A stretch of DNA of 61,229 bases, counting the filler. It is 7 parts of 7 records of this genome, joined end to end, with 100 filler letters (N's around TTAATTAATTAA, not from the genome) between each part and the next. Parts side by side here need not be neighbours in the genome. Positions count along the whole stretch, not along the records: positions 1 to 6,353 come from SRR2962707_2095; positions 6,454 to 12,140 come from SRR2962707_2097; 5 more parts are not named here. One strand, written 5' to 3'. The notes beneath the pieces were generated by a model that saw only the letters and a program-made list of their open reading frames with translations, did not search any database and was not told the origin of the DNA. Position 1 is the stretch's first letter; each line of letters starts with the position of its first letter. This document shows positions 1 to 11,345 of this stretch, piece after piece. Position numbers and translations under genes: made by a program.

Positions 1-316
1 GTTCCCTTGTTGTTCCGTTGTTGTTGTTCCCTTGTTGTGGTGGTTGTTTGTGGTTTGTTGCGGCGGGTCCTTTCTTTTTCTTTTCTTCTGCCCACTTAGC
101 CGGTTTTGCAGAAATAGCTCGTGGGGTTGCTTTTGCGTTTGAGTTTTATTTATTTTTTTATTTTTTGTTTCCGTGTTGTTATATTGTTTCTGCGCACGTT
201 TGCTCACTGCACCAAAGCCTCACGGAATCTTCAGACGCTGCCAGGGTCGTCGGAGCAGCTGTAGATCGTTGATCCGGGGGGTGCGTGCGTGGTGTCAAGA
301 CAGAAGCAACTACACC

Positions 317-1831
317 ATGTCGAACCTGTTTTCAAAAGAGAACATGCGCCGCTTCAAGCAGGGCTTCTTGGAGTCCATTGGGGTTGCGGACAACACACGC
401 GAGGAGGACAAGGAGTTTGAGCTAACTGTCCGGCGATTCAACGCAGCAGCCACGGGCGTTGGAAGCATCCACGCAAAGCTCAAGGACTACATTCGAACTC
501 AGGAGGAGCTGTCACTGTCGTCGGCGGCTGTGTACACTTCCCTCGCAAACCTTACAACCACGATTCCAACTGGGCCGTCGCCGCTGGAAGTGACTGCTCA
601 GCTGAAAACATGCGCCACGGCGCAGGAACTGCACACCCAGACGGTGTTTGGGCCGTCGAAAAAGTATTTCCAGCGAACGGTGCTGCGACCGTGTGAGATG
701 ATGGCGAAAAAGGTGACCATCATCGCAGCCCTGGTCACGAAATGCCGTGGGTTGTACGTTGATGTTGACGCTTTCAAGCACAAGTTTAGCTCGCAGAAGA
801 AGAAAGATCCCGCAGAGACGCAGGCGAAAACGCTGCAGTTCCGCCGCCGCCTGCAAGATTTTACCTCTGAGTTGAGCTCTTGCAAGACGCAGCTCTTTGC
901 CATGGTGGATCGTTTCGAAGCGGAGGCCAAACTACTGGTTGAGCACCTTGTGAGCGCATTCGTCGCTTACCAGGTGCACACCTCCACGCGCACGGGCGAC
1001 CTGCTGCAAGTTGTGGGCGAGCGTACGCCGAACGCTGGCGCCCACATGGTTGAGTTGGGATGTTTGACGGGCCGCGCTCGCGGGGCCAGTGTCTTGGTGC
1101 CGGATGCCGAAAAACCGAGGCCGAGCCTCAAGTTGCGAGAGTATCTCCAGGCACTGCTCTCCTCGCGCCCTCGTGCCTTGGCCCCTGCTGTGAAGCAGCC
1201 CTATCCGGCACAGTTGCCGTTCAGCTCGGAAATGTCGTTTGACCAGGTACACGGGGCAGTACGGCCCCCAACGATTCCTGCTTCTGCAGCTGAGCAACAT
1301 CAATCGCCCCGTCATCAGCAAGAGGCAGCTGCTCGGGCAGCGGCTGGAGGGTCTACTTCTTTGAAGCAAGCCGCCTCGAATGGCAGTCCATCAAGTGCGA
1401 CGGGGCCAAAAGCCTCGAAGTCAAGCAAATCGAAGGAGGTGTGGACGTCTGTCATGTTTTTTGGCTTTGCTTTTACGTACATTCTTTGTTTGTTTTTTCA
1501 TCACAACTTCGTCGGTTCACCCCACCGGTTTCTTGGCTTTTCGACTTGTGTGCGTCTAAGGCTCTGTACGTGATTGCCAAGTTCGATTACAAAAAGAAAG
1601 AAAACGACGAACTCACCATTTGCAAGGGTGACCAGATTCGAGTGCGTTTGTCTTGATATTGATTTTTCTTTTGGGTGTCCTGTGAAATGTGAGAAGGTGC
1701 GAGTGCTTACCTGGATTCATGGGTGTTTGCATGTGGGAAAGGTCATAAAAAAGCACGACTCAGGATGGTGGTATGGGGAAACACGCGGCGAGAAAGGTTT
1801 CTTTCCGAGCGCCTACACCACACAGGAGTAG
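317..1831 (+). CDS. BAR domain plus C-terminal SH3 protein (amphiphysin/endophilin-like), 3 exons: 317-1438, 1561-1641, 1742-1831
   Basis: Helical coiled-coil N-terminal half. Splicing GT-AG introns 1439-1560 and 1642-1741 (both phase 0) gives a complete SH3 domain: ALYVIAKFDYKKKENDELTICKGDQIR|VIKKHDSGWWYGETRGEKGFFPSAY. Confidence 0.85.
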
Positions 1832-2009
1832 CATTGAATGCGTGATACAAGTAGTTTGTAAATTGTGTCAATAATTTCTCGATACTCGGTGCTGTATGAA
1901 CTCGAGTCGAGTACAAACACAACATGTTGTTTGTTGTTTGAGTGGGCAGTTTTACAAATTTTGGGTGGATATTCCACCCTGAAAGATGATCAGATGATGG
2001 CACACGGTT

Positions 2010-3120
2010 TTATTGATGTCCTCGCAGCAAGTGTGTTTTATTGGGCGGGACGAATGGCGGCATGTCAGGGCAATAGTTCGGATCAGTTGGGTCAGTGGAT
2101 TTGAACCCAGCCAACCATGCATTGGCCTAAGACCATCACAGTAGTATTTGAAGAACAACGCACATACTGACAGTTGTTCTCGTCTCATGGATTCAGGAAT
2201 TTTCAAAAAAAACTGCGGAATGAAACGTACCAAGGTCTGTGGTGTGTGGGTAGCATTTTCTGCAAAGAGGGTCTCCATAAAGCAAGTTACAAAGCAGTCC
2301 GAAGAAACGTTGCCCTGGCACGGGGCGAAGCATGCCGGGTTCTCAGCCTCAATAACCTACAGGCGGCAAAGTTAAGTCAACAGGGACCACACAGAAAACA
2401 GTAGAGAGCAAGCATGCTGCTGCTCAGGCAAATGAACTTCCATTGCAGACAGCACGCAGACAAAACAGGCCAGCGTACGCGGTGCAGGTTGTCGTTCACA
2501 CACGAGGCATTGACTGTCTTGACCGTGTCAACGAGGCGCCATTGGCAGTCTTCCGTCGCTTCGTTGTCGCAGTCTCCCGCGGTCAGCGTGGAGAACCAGC
2601 TCCCGCCAAAATACTTCGAGGCCTGGAATTTCCACAAGTCAAACGTTGAGTTCCCGAAAGGCCGGCTGTAGCGGTCAGTGATGTTGGCGACACCGAGGTT
2701 CGCCACCGTGCTGGGACGGCAGTCCCACACATTCCCAGAAGCATCCGTTGGATTGCAGGCCGCATACTGTGAGCAACTGCGCTCGCCGCTGGGGCAGCCA
2801 CCAAAAGATGGGTTTACTTCGATGACGTACTCGCCATACACCGCCGCTCTGTCAAGATCAGCCAAGTTGTTGCACAGGGGCCAAGTTGGGTCGTGGCGGC
2901 AGGCCATTCTTGTCTGGAAGCGGTCCGCGATGTAAAAAAACACATCGCCGAGGACGTCTCCACTGTCCTTGTTGTCAAGCGTTGACGAGAGATTGTACGG
3001 ACGCAGTGCAAACACCGTAATGTTCGTGGCGTTTTCGGGGCGGTGCTGTGGAGGAGTACCAGCTGCCTCAACCGCGCTGCTGAACAGCGTGGCACTGAGC
3101 AGCACCCAACGCACGAGCAT
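2010..3120 (-). CDS. Secreted cysteine-rich protein of unknown function, 3 exons: 3120-2479, 2356-2231, 2126-2010
   Basis: Signal peptide MLVRWVLLSATLFSSAVEA. Introns 2357-2478 and 2127-2230 (GTACG...AG) splice in frame to ...LHR|VIEAENPACFAPCQGNVSSDCFVTCFMETLF...QTL|ANAWLAGFKSTDP...HQ*. Several N-glycosylation sequons. Confidence 0.75.
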
Positions 3121-3339
3121 TTTTGGATGCTATCAAGCGACAAGGTAGGCCTGTTCGCAGCTCCCAACCGTTTTTCCCGCTTCAAGCAATAGTGCAGAAA
3201 GTAAAAACAGCCCAATCATCCATTGTTCCTGTCGGAAAACAATTGAGAAAAGCAAGACTCGTTGAAGGCGTGAGGAGAGACCTGGGGTGAAAGCCTGTGG
3301 CTCCAGACTGAGGAAGATAACACCCCGCAAGGCACAAGA

Positions 3340-3497
3340 CACAAGAGACAGAGCGAGAGAGTTTCGAGAGGGAGAGAGTAGATCTACTCACAGTGGCAGA
3401 GAGAGTGAGACAACGAGAGCGCGAGAGAGAGCGACACAGAGAGAGCGCGAGAGAGAGCGAGAGAGAGCGACGGACAGAGAGAGAGCGAGAGAAAGAG
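3340..3497. repeat. (GA)n-rich imperfect microsatellite
   Basis: Direct reading (gagagagcgagagag...), upstream of the minus-strand secreted-protein gene. Confidence 0.9.
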
Positions 3498-4103
3498 GTG
3501 TGGTGCAACTTCTCTAGTACTACGTCGTTAAACTATCTAGAGTACAGTACATACACTTTTGAAATTTTGCATATTTTAAGTAATTCAAATGAGTTGCTCC
3601 ACCAGGTCTCGGTCAATTCTGCCAAAGCGCGATTCGAGTGGCGCACCCCACGCGCGAACGAAGGTCGAGTCTGCCTGGCAAAGTCTGAGAGGGGTGCGCT
3701 GTGGCGGGCACGAAGAGAAAGACAGATAATGATGGCGTGGAAAACCATGCGCCTTGCCGCGGTTGTTTGGGGTGAGGGCGACGTTGGGTGGCGTGGGAGG
3801 AGACGCGAAAGCGTTAGGCGGTAGGTCGTGGGACGCAGGGGCATCGCGAGGGGCAAGGAGTGTCGGAGTGCTTGGAGGGCTTGCCGCGTGGGGCTCTCAA
3901 TAATGACAGTGCAAGCATTTTGACGTCCAAACACATTATTGTGGATTCACAACACTTGCGTTATTTGTTGTTAAGTGCAAGTGCGAATGAGCCATTTCGA
4001 CACTTGTGTGAGGGTTGCCAAAGTCGTCCCAAAAAACCGGCGCTCAACGACTGAGCGCACGGCACACCGGTTGTCGCTGACGGCTGTGACACAAAGCTGC
4101 TGC

Positions 4104-6353
4104 TTACTTGGCGTTCATCTTGTCCATGACGCGTGCGAAAAGGACATCATCGGGGAGAAGCTCCTTTGTCACCGGCAGGGGCTTGGACACCCAGGTCTCG
4201 TTGATAAGATCGCGCCAGGTGATGTTGTGGTTGATGCTGTTGCGACCCCATGAGCCACAGCCCAGGGAGAAGGTCTGGCGCATGCCTGTGCAGAATACCA
4301 GTGCAGACATCAAAGTGAATTGCAGCCAACACGATTTCCAAAGTTCACGAATGAATGCAGTGAGCACAAAGCAAACAGCGCACACAACGCACCATTCCAA
4401 AGGTTGCCACTGTTGGAGGCAGCCTGAGGCTGGTTGACCATGACACGGGAGGTCTTGGTGTTCGCAGCCAACTTCATGATGTTTTCGTCACTCTTCGAGT
4501 AGATGCCGCAGCTATAAACACAAAAAGCAGGGAGGTTAAAAGTCAAAACAGCACGTCCGCGTTCGGAAAGTGGGACACAATTCAACAATGCTGGCAGGAC
4601 AGGCTCTGTACCTGTGGCCTTCACCCTGGTAGGACTGGATGTTGTTAGTGAGCTCGACGGCCTCGTCGATGTCCTTGGCGCGGTAAAGAGCCATGGTCAC
4701 GCTCATCTTCTCACCGGAGAAGGGGTGCTCTGGACCGTACCTTCGCCACACAGACCAACCAAAAACACAACGCCAGCGTTCATCCCATGCAATGTTCGAT
4801 GACATGCCAGAGCCATGGGGGCAAAGCTGGAACAAAGCATCCAGGCCGGGCAGACTACGTCAGTGTAGATAAAGTAATGCGCCAACGAACCCAGTCTCGG
4901 GAACGATGAAGAAGTTGGTGCCTTCAGGGATCTCAAAACCCGCCTTGGAAGCAATGAATTCCGGGGTTTGCGCCACAACTTCGGCGTTGATGTGACCATC
5001 CACCCACAAAACGTTCTGGAGCTTGGCCTTGGCATCGTCGTCCAAAACGTAGCCACCCTGAGCCACCAGCTTCTCAAGCATGGTGTCGTAGATCGGATCA
5101 AGCAGGATGACAGAGTTGTCGGCGGAGCAAGATGCAGCCAGATCCAGCGTCTTGGAGATGCGGATCTTCTCTGCAGCCTCATCAAGATCGGCCGTGTCGT
5201 CAACAGTGATCACAGCGTTGCCAACACCAACACCAAGAGCCGGGGTTCCACTCGAGTAAGCAGCGTTGACCATGGCACCACCACCAGTGGCCAAGATACG
5301 GTCGCAATGCTTCATGAGATAGTTGGTCTTCTTGACCTGCATCACATTGCAAGCACAGACGAGGGAATATTCATGCGGCAGAACTTCCGTGCACAATCAC
5401 ATGGGTGGTATTGTGTGTCCACGCAAAGCCATTTGTTCACAAGGCAAACGCACCGAAGGTTGCTCGATGGCAATAACAAGATCAGCAGGAGCACCCATCT
5501 TCACGATGGCATCACGCATCAGGTCCACAATGGTCTTGTTCGTCTGGGCAGCGCGGGGGTGGGCAGCCACGATGATGGAGTTGCGACCCTTGACGGCCGA
5601 GATGGCCTTGATGACGGGTGTGGCCTCGGGGTTGGTGGACGGAGACAGCGCACCAATCACGCCAACGGGCTTGGCAATCTGAATGCCAAGTGTTCACACG
5701 CGTTCAACTGCGAGGCCACACTTGGCTTTTGGGACTGCGAACACAAGAGGCACCAAACACCATACACAGAGAGATACACACCTTGACGATCTGGCGCTCC
5801 GGGATCTCCTCGATGATCCCCACCGACTTGTCGTCGATGATGTCCTGCAACGTAGCACGAGTCTTGCGGAAGATCTTCAGGAACTTGCCGTCATAGTTTC
5901 CGAGGCGCGTCTCGTCAACGGTCAACTGCGCGAGTTTCTTGGCGGTGTCTTCGCGAGCGACAGCGTACACCATAGCCGTAATCAAATCATCGACCTGGCC
6001 CACGCATAAAGTGAATGGCAATCAATCATGCACACACCCACACGCACATGCACACGCAGACACATCCGTGTAAGTCAAATCAACCGGTTTTTGTTGGGAA
6101 GAGGAGGCAGAAGCAGGCAGTTGAACACCTTCCACAACAGTGTGTGCGTGTGTGTATGTGTGTGTATGTATGTGTGTGTGTTCATTGACTTGCCGCTGAG
6201 ACAAAAAACAACATTTAGGTGAATGATGGATTACCTGCTCCTGCGTGTAGTTCTCGATCGCCTTGTTCGCAGCGCGAGAGCGCTCCACGAGCGCCAATAT
6301 CTCCTCGTTGGACTCGGGGCAGAAGTCAGAGAGCCAGCGGATGCCGAAGGCAG
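4104..6353 (-). CDS. CoA-acylating aldehyde dehydrogenase (ALDH family 20; sulfoacetaldehyde dehydrogenase SauS-like), 7 exons, 5' truncated by contig end
   Basis: Exons 6353-6235, 5994-5782, 5678-5454, 5336-4891, 4740-4612, 4511-4393 and 4285-4104 splice in phase to about 476 aa. Motifs: IAKPVGVIGALSPSTNP, ATGGGAMVNAAYSSGTPALGVGVGN, catalytic Cys in DLAASCSADNS, FSGEKMS, GHSCGIYS, SLGCGSWG. Confidence 0.9.
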
Positions 6354-6453
6354 NNNNNNNNNNNNNNNNNNNNNNNNNNNNNNNNNNNNNNNNNNNNTTA
6401 ATTAATTAANNNNNNNNNNNNNNNNNNNNNNNNNNNNNNNNNNNNNNNNNNNN
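6354..6453. other. Artificial contig spacer
   Basis: N44-TTAATTAATTAA-N44 (stop codons in all six frames). Confidence 0.98.
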
Positions 6454-6617
6454 GTGTGTGTGAGAGCGAGAGATCGAGAGAAGAGTTATGTGCAGAAAGC
6501 TCGCTTACTTAACGAATTCATCTGCGCTATGGATTCACCGGTGCTTCACCTTCTGCCTCTGCCGTGCAATTTCTACATCAGAACACTTTGACGCCATCGA
6601 TTGGAAACACTGAAACC

Positions 6618-7392
6618 ATGGGCAAGGACATTGCGGCTCAGGTTCATTCCCAAACCAGTGCGAATCAGTTCCTTCAGTACGTTGATCAATTTGTGGCAGA
6701 CGCTAAAGGTGTTACTTTTGTATTGACGCGCGCGTGATAGTAACAGTCAACTTGCTGGTGTGCGTTTGTGCCAAAGATACGGAGCCCTACTTGAGCCGGT
6801 CATGGAGGGAATGGCCATCATGCAAGAGAAGCTCACAGGAAAGAAACCCGACGTCCTAGAGGTAGTGGAAGGAAAAAATTACCGCACCAAGGCCCAGATT
6901 CGACGAGAAGAGCAGGCGCGCCAGGAATCTGCACGTGCAGCCCTGGAGGCACGACAGGCGGAGGAGGATCGCCAGCGGGCGTTGGACGAGGAGAATTCTG
7001 CGCAGCAAGGTGGCGGAGGTGCGATGAAAGGACTTGTTACTCTTGCCGCAGGAGCCAATCGTTACCGAAATGGCAGTGCTTCTCGTGAGTCTTCGACCAG
7101 CACGGAAACAGCGGGTCGACCGGCACAAAGAGGAGGTGCTGCCAAAGATTCCGGCGCGGCCGCACAAGACAACGGTGCAGCACCTGGACAAGCCGCCCGC
7201 AAGGCACCTGTGGACCCGCTGGAAGGCAAAAATTTTGGCAGTCGGCGCAAACGCAAGAAGAAATTCCGAAGCCGCATCCCTTGGGAACTGTTGGACAATC
7301 TGGACGCACAAAAGCAGGCGGTGGAAGATGTTGGGAAGGCCCAGTACGAGGCAAGACGGGCCTCAGCGGAAACGCGGGGGTCATCACGCTAG
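6618..7392 (+). CDS. Hypothetical charged/low-complexity protein, at least 2 exons (6618-6676, 6777-7392); may have a further upstream exon
   Basis: Intron 6677-6776 (GTACGT...AAAG) joins MGKDIAAQVHSQTSANQFLQ to YGALLEPVMEG... in frame. Contains a coiled-coil stretch and a basic NLS-like RRKRKKKFR. Confidence 0.6.
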
Positions 7393-7613
7393 TTTGTGCC
7401 CGCAACACAACCTCTCCTTTGTATTGGCGACAAAGCTTGAGCAATTTATAAATTATACTTCCATCTGTCATTCATGTTACAACGAAAACGGCGGAAGGTT
7501 TGCGCTTCCAGTTACCATTGGTGGCCAGGCAAGCGTGAACGCTTCTTTGGTCGCGAGTTCGCTGACGGAGTCACCACGATGGACGAAACTGAGAACAGTG
7601 ACCGAGAATTCCG

Positions 7614-10600
7614 TCACCACTGGATGTACGATCCTGCGCAAATGCACCGTATTCGATAACAATCAGTTTGGTAGACGAGGAAAAGAGATGCATGCACACC
7701 ATTCAGAACATCGCGAGCACCAACCTTCTCAGCAGAGAGATTCAGCTTGGCTCGCTGGAGAGCATCCTCAAGACTTGGATCGAGCAGAGCGGGCCTCGAA
7801 GATGCAGCCCCCCGCGCCGAGGCAGAAAGCACCGTGGAAATTTCTTCAACAATGTTCTGACCTCCAAGGCTAGGCTCTTGATCGTGACTTTCTGGTGAAT
7901 CGGTAGTGCGTTGCACCCCGTTGTAGTCACGGGCATCGTCAACGTCCAAGCGCTGCGCGAACGGTGATGAAACCTCTCGTGCGCTCGTCGCTTCGCAAGG
8001 ATCAATGATCTCGGTCGGCTTTCCACAATTCTCCGTGGTACCGCGCACCTGCGCTGCGAAACACGGAGTTTCGCGCGAGGCGCCAATGCTGCGGCTGGAG
8101 CTGGCGCCACGATCGTACCGTTTCTCGTAGTCCTCCAACGCTTGAGCAACATTGCCGAGCTCCAATGCAACAGCATCCTCAAGAACTCGAGTTTGAGCTG
8201 CGTGCACATTTCGAGATCGAGTTGCAGATGGTAGATGTACATGTCCTGCAAGACGACGCTTCGCTGTCCACCATCGACGCAACCGTGCCAAAAGGAAATC
8301 TCGGGTCTGCGGCACACGCACAAGAGCTAAAATGGTGACCAATTTTGACACGAGTGATTCAGAGAGCATATTGCCAGTTGACGCTCCTCCACTACGTAAA
8401 CTCAGGTTCTCATCGTCGTCATCATCCCTACGGAAAAAATAGCCAGAGATCCTATCCATTTCCTCAATTCTTGCAGCTTCTGCGCGGGCCAACGGCCAAT
8501 GCGAATCAGCTGTATGTGGTGTTTTTGTAAAGACGTCCCTCAAATCGCGCATGGCCCTGCGAACTGCCGCCGAACTCACCGGCACCTCATTGGAGTAAAA
8601 CGCATTAAGGTCCACGATCAATTCCGGAATGACATGGTCTGCAAAAATATTCAGCTGCGGCCGTGCCCGACGCCTTGGCCCTCGACTTTGACGTGTCCCA
8701 TCGCCCACAACCACCATTGTGCTGTCCGCAGTCGGCAAGCCATCAAGCCGGCTGCCTTTCCGCCGTCTGTGGCGCTCCTCTGCCTCTAAAGCCGCCGCGC
8801 GAGCCTCTTGTTCTCGTACTTCATCCTCCATACGCAGAGTCTCAAGCCCTCGAACACGAACAAGGGGAGAGGACATCTCAGTCTCGTAAAGCGCGGCCTC
8901 GTCATGTTCCACAGGACTCCCCTGGCTGCCTTCGGCCCGCTGGGGGTCAGAATGCAAATGGCGAAAGCGAGCAGGAAATTGAACGTTTCTGTTCACAGCC
9001 TCGTTGCGAGAGCGAACGACCAACTCAAAATAACCACGAGGGCCGGCCATGCCATATCGCAGCGACGACTTTTTTGCGACTTGCTGTCTTGTACCTTGAC
9101 GATTGATTTGTTCACGCTCATGGGCGTTTGCTCGAGTACCTTCTGTTGGCAAATCTGGGGGCTTATGTTGGGAGAGCGCCACCCCGCGATCAAAACCTGT
9201 CGCTGAATTGCTGTGTTTGCCCAGCCACTCCCAGTCGGGCAATTTTGTTGCTTGTTGGGCCGAATGATTCTCAGATCGGGCTGGAGAGTCGGCTCGAACA
9301 GTGCTCCAACCTTCGTAGCGGGCAGTGTCGGCTACTGGCCTCACCGCTTCGTTCAAAGCCCGGGCAGGAGATCCTGCGTTCGCGGGACGTCCAAACCGAC
9401 TACGGAGCGCAAAATTGCCACGTCCTTGCGCTCTGGACGATGAATTTTGATTCAAAAACGAGCGGGGCGACTGCGCGCTAGTGGATTTATCAACTCTGTC
9501 CCGTTGGCTAATGTTGCTGCCAGGGGTTACATCCAACGCAAACCGGCCAGAGCGACCCAGACTGTTTGCACGAGTGCCACTGAAACGGCGTTCGATGTCA
9601 CTGTCGGTGCTGGCGGCGGGCTGTGTGGCTTGCCAGGTGGCATTGCTGACGTGCAAGCTGTTGAAGTCCTCGGCGGCTGTTTCTGGCGCGTCGCTCCCTT
9701 CACTGTCTATCGGAGGCATGGGGTGTTCCTCAAAACGTTGACTTGCGTCAGATGCCGGCTCGGCGAGTGCAGCGCCAGATTCGTCACCAAAATCAGAATC
9801 AGCCATGATGCCTGGCGTATGCGTGGTATTGGGTGCGTGACGCCAAGGAAAGAATAAGCGCTCCAAAAGTCCGTCCAGCATGCTGTGATAACGCGAGATT
9901 TGCAGTAACACCATTGCTGAAATGTCGCCGCTGTCTGCGTTTCCCTCCGAGTCGGTGACTTCGCCAGGAACACGATGACTTTGCTGACTTGCCGAAGTAT
10001 GAGCGACCTGTCGCTTTTGAAATTCACGAATTACCGACACCCGGTCCGCGCGCTGGGTATCTGCTTTGGGCAGGTACGCCTGCAAGAAGTCTGCTGCCTC
10101 TGCCACTTCCACAGCTGGCGGCGACGTCAATGAAGCACTGTCTGTGGCTGACGCCAGAAGCAATGATGCATCATATGCGCGGCAGTCCTCTTCGACTTCG
10201 TGACGACTCTTGACCACAACTGCGTCGTCTGAAAATGGGTGGCCTCGCGACACCAGAGACAGCAAGCGTTCAAGCTCCTGTCGCAACAACGGCGCCGTTA
10301 TGCATCGTGCTGGTGCCACCAAAGGGAAACTCAGCGCCTCAGATCGATTTCCCCCAATGGCGTACTGCTCTACCTCCTCACTCAGTGGGAACGGGTACGC
10401 ATCAGCTTGAAAAGGAAAAGGAGCAGCCGCATCAGTTGCTGCATGAGCGGCTGCAATGGCCTCTGCTGCTTCGGGCAGAAGAACGCGATTCACAGCAACT
10501 TCTTCCACTTCGCGATCTTCCGCCTCACGCCAGGCAAAGGAAGGTGGTGTTTTGGCCGCAGAACCCGCACCTATCCCAACGTGCTCCCCATTGGCACGCG

Positions 10601-11345
10601 CGGCCGTGTTTGGCGGCGCACGAATCGAAACCGGCGTCGTTGTTGGTGTGGCGGAACCGAAATCTGACTTTTCTACTGCTTGATGCCGTGGGCTTTCCTG
10701 CAGCAACTGGCTGATAGTGGGCTGCCTTCCGGTGCTTGCCGGCACCATCGAAAGTGATCTCGTTGCCGAGGTGGGGGTAGAGCTCCCATTGTGCCCGTTC
10801 CACATGGAAGCACTTCGTGGAAAATTATCCACCAGCTTTTTTTCTCCTGCTAAATTCGAACCATTTGCCGACTCCTCCCGATACACGGTCGGGGTATCTC
10901 CACCAGCCTCAACGTCCCCAGTTTCAACCTCGTGACCAGTTTGTGCTCTAGAGTCCAAACGCATCAACGAAAAAGCAGCTGGACTCCCGTTCTTGGCGGT
11001 GCCCTCAGTGTTATCCTCCCCGTCCTGCACTCCTTCAGCATCTGCAACACCGTCGAAACTTTCGAGAGGCTGCGTCACGGACATGCTGCGAGCGGACGCC
11101 GCCGTTGACTGACGCCGCATGTCCGGTTGCCCAGTAAACGGATCCGCGTCTACGGAGTGTCCACCCTCGTTGTAGTTGGCGTCATTGCGGTCATCATTCA
11201 GTTTTCCGTTGAGGTGTTGGTCGTCGTCGTCGTCGTTGGCGGCGGCGTCTGCTTCCAGCTGCAGGGAAGCTTGTGTCGACATCGACAACTTCCGGTGGCG
11301 CTCGAACAAGCTTTGAATCGCGTCGTTGGAGATACTGATCGACAT
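7614..11345 (-). CDS. Large hypothetical protein (1243-aa ORF), mostly low-complexity with some helical segments
   Basis: 3.7-kb uninterrupted ORF starting at an ATG. No recognisable domain. The 3' end may be altered by splicing. Confidence 0.7.
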   Translation of the reverse strand: MSISISNDAIQSLFERHRKLSMSTQASLQLEADAAANDDDDDQHLNGKLNDDRNDANYNEGGHSVDADPFTGQPDMRRQSTAASARSMSVTQPLESFDGVADAEGVQDGEDNTEGTAKNGSPAAFSLMRLDSRAQTGHEVETGDVEAGGDTPTVYREESANGSNLAGEKKLVDNFPRSASMWNGHNGSSTPTSATRSLSMVPASTGRQPTISQLLQESPRHQAVEKSDFGSATPTTTPVSIRAPPNTAARANGEHVGIGAGSAAKTPPSFAWREAEDREVEEVAVNRVLLPEAAEAIAAAHAATDAAAPFPFQADAYPFPLSEEVEQYAIGGNRSEALSFPLVAPARCITAPLLRQELERLLSLVSRGHPFSDDAVVVKSRHEVEEDCRAYDASLLLASATDSASLTSPPAVEVAEAADFLQAYLPKADTQRADRVSVIREFQKRQVAHTSASQQSHRVPGEVTDSEGNADSGDISAMVLLQISRYHSMLDGLLERLFFPWRHAPNTTHTPGIMADSDFGDESGAALAEPASDASQRFEEHPMPPIDSEGSDAPETAAEDFNSLHVSNATWQATQPAASTDSDIERRFSGTRANSLGRSGRFALDVTPGSNISQRDRVDKSTSAQSPRSFLNQNSSSRAQGRGNFALRSRFGRPANAGSPARALNEAVRPVADTARYEGWSTVRADSPARSENHSAQQATKLPDWEWLGKHSNSATGFDRGVALSQHKPPDLPTEGTRANAHEREQINRQGTRQQVAKKSSLRYGMAGPRGYFELVVRSRNEAVNRNVQFPARFRHLHSDPQRAEGSQGSPVEHDEAALYETEMSSPLVRVRGLETLRMEDEVREQEARAAALEAEERHRRRKGSRLDGLPTADSTMVVVGDGTRQSRGPRRRARPQLNIFADHVIPELIVDLNAFYSNEVPVSSAAVRRAMRDLRDVFTKTPHTADSHWPLARAEAARIEEMDRISGYFFRRDDDDDENLSLRSGGASTGNMLSESLVSKLVTILALVRVPQTRDFLLARLRRWWTAKRRLAGHVHLPSATRSRNVHAAQTRVLEDAVALELGNVAQALEDYEKRYDRGASSSRSIGASRETPCFAAQVRGTTENCGKPTEIIDPCEATSAREVSSPFAQRLDVDDARDYNGVQRTTDSPESHDQEPSLGGQNIVEEISTVLSASARGAASSRPALLDPSLEDALQRAKLNLSAEKVGARDVLNGVHASLFLVYQTDCYRIRCICAGSYIQW

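Noticed and set aside
3182-3824. ORFs with RERERE or SLSLSL tracts
   Set aside because: Translations of the (GA)n microsatellite; no coding support.
4104-6353. Fragmented ALDH ORFs as a frameshifted bacterial pseudogene
   Set aside because: Every break is bounded by GT...AG and splices in phase to an intact protein.
6398-6409. TTAATTAATTAA palindrome recurring six times
   Set aside because: Always centred in 100-bp N runs; it is an assembly-concatenation linker, not biology.
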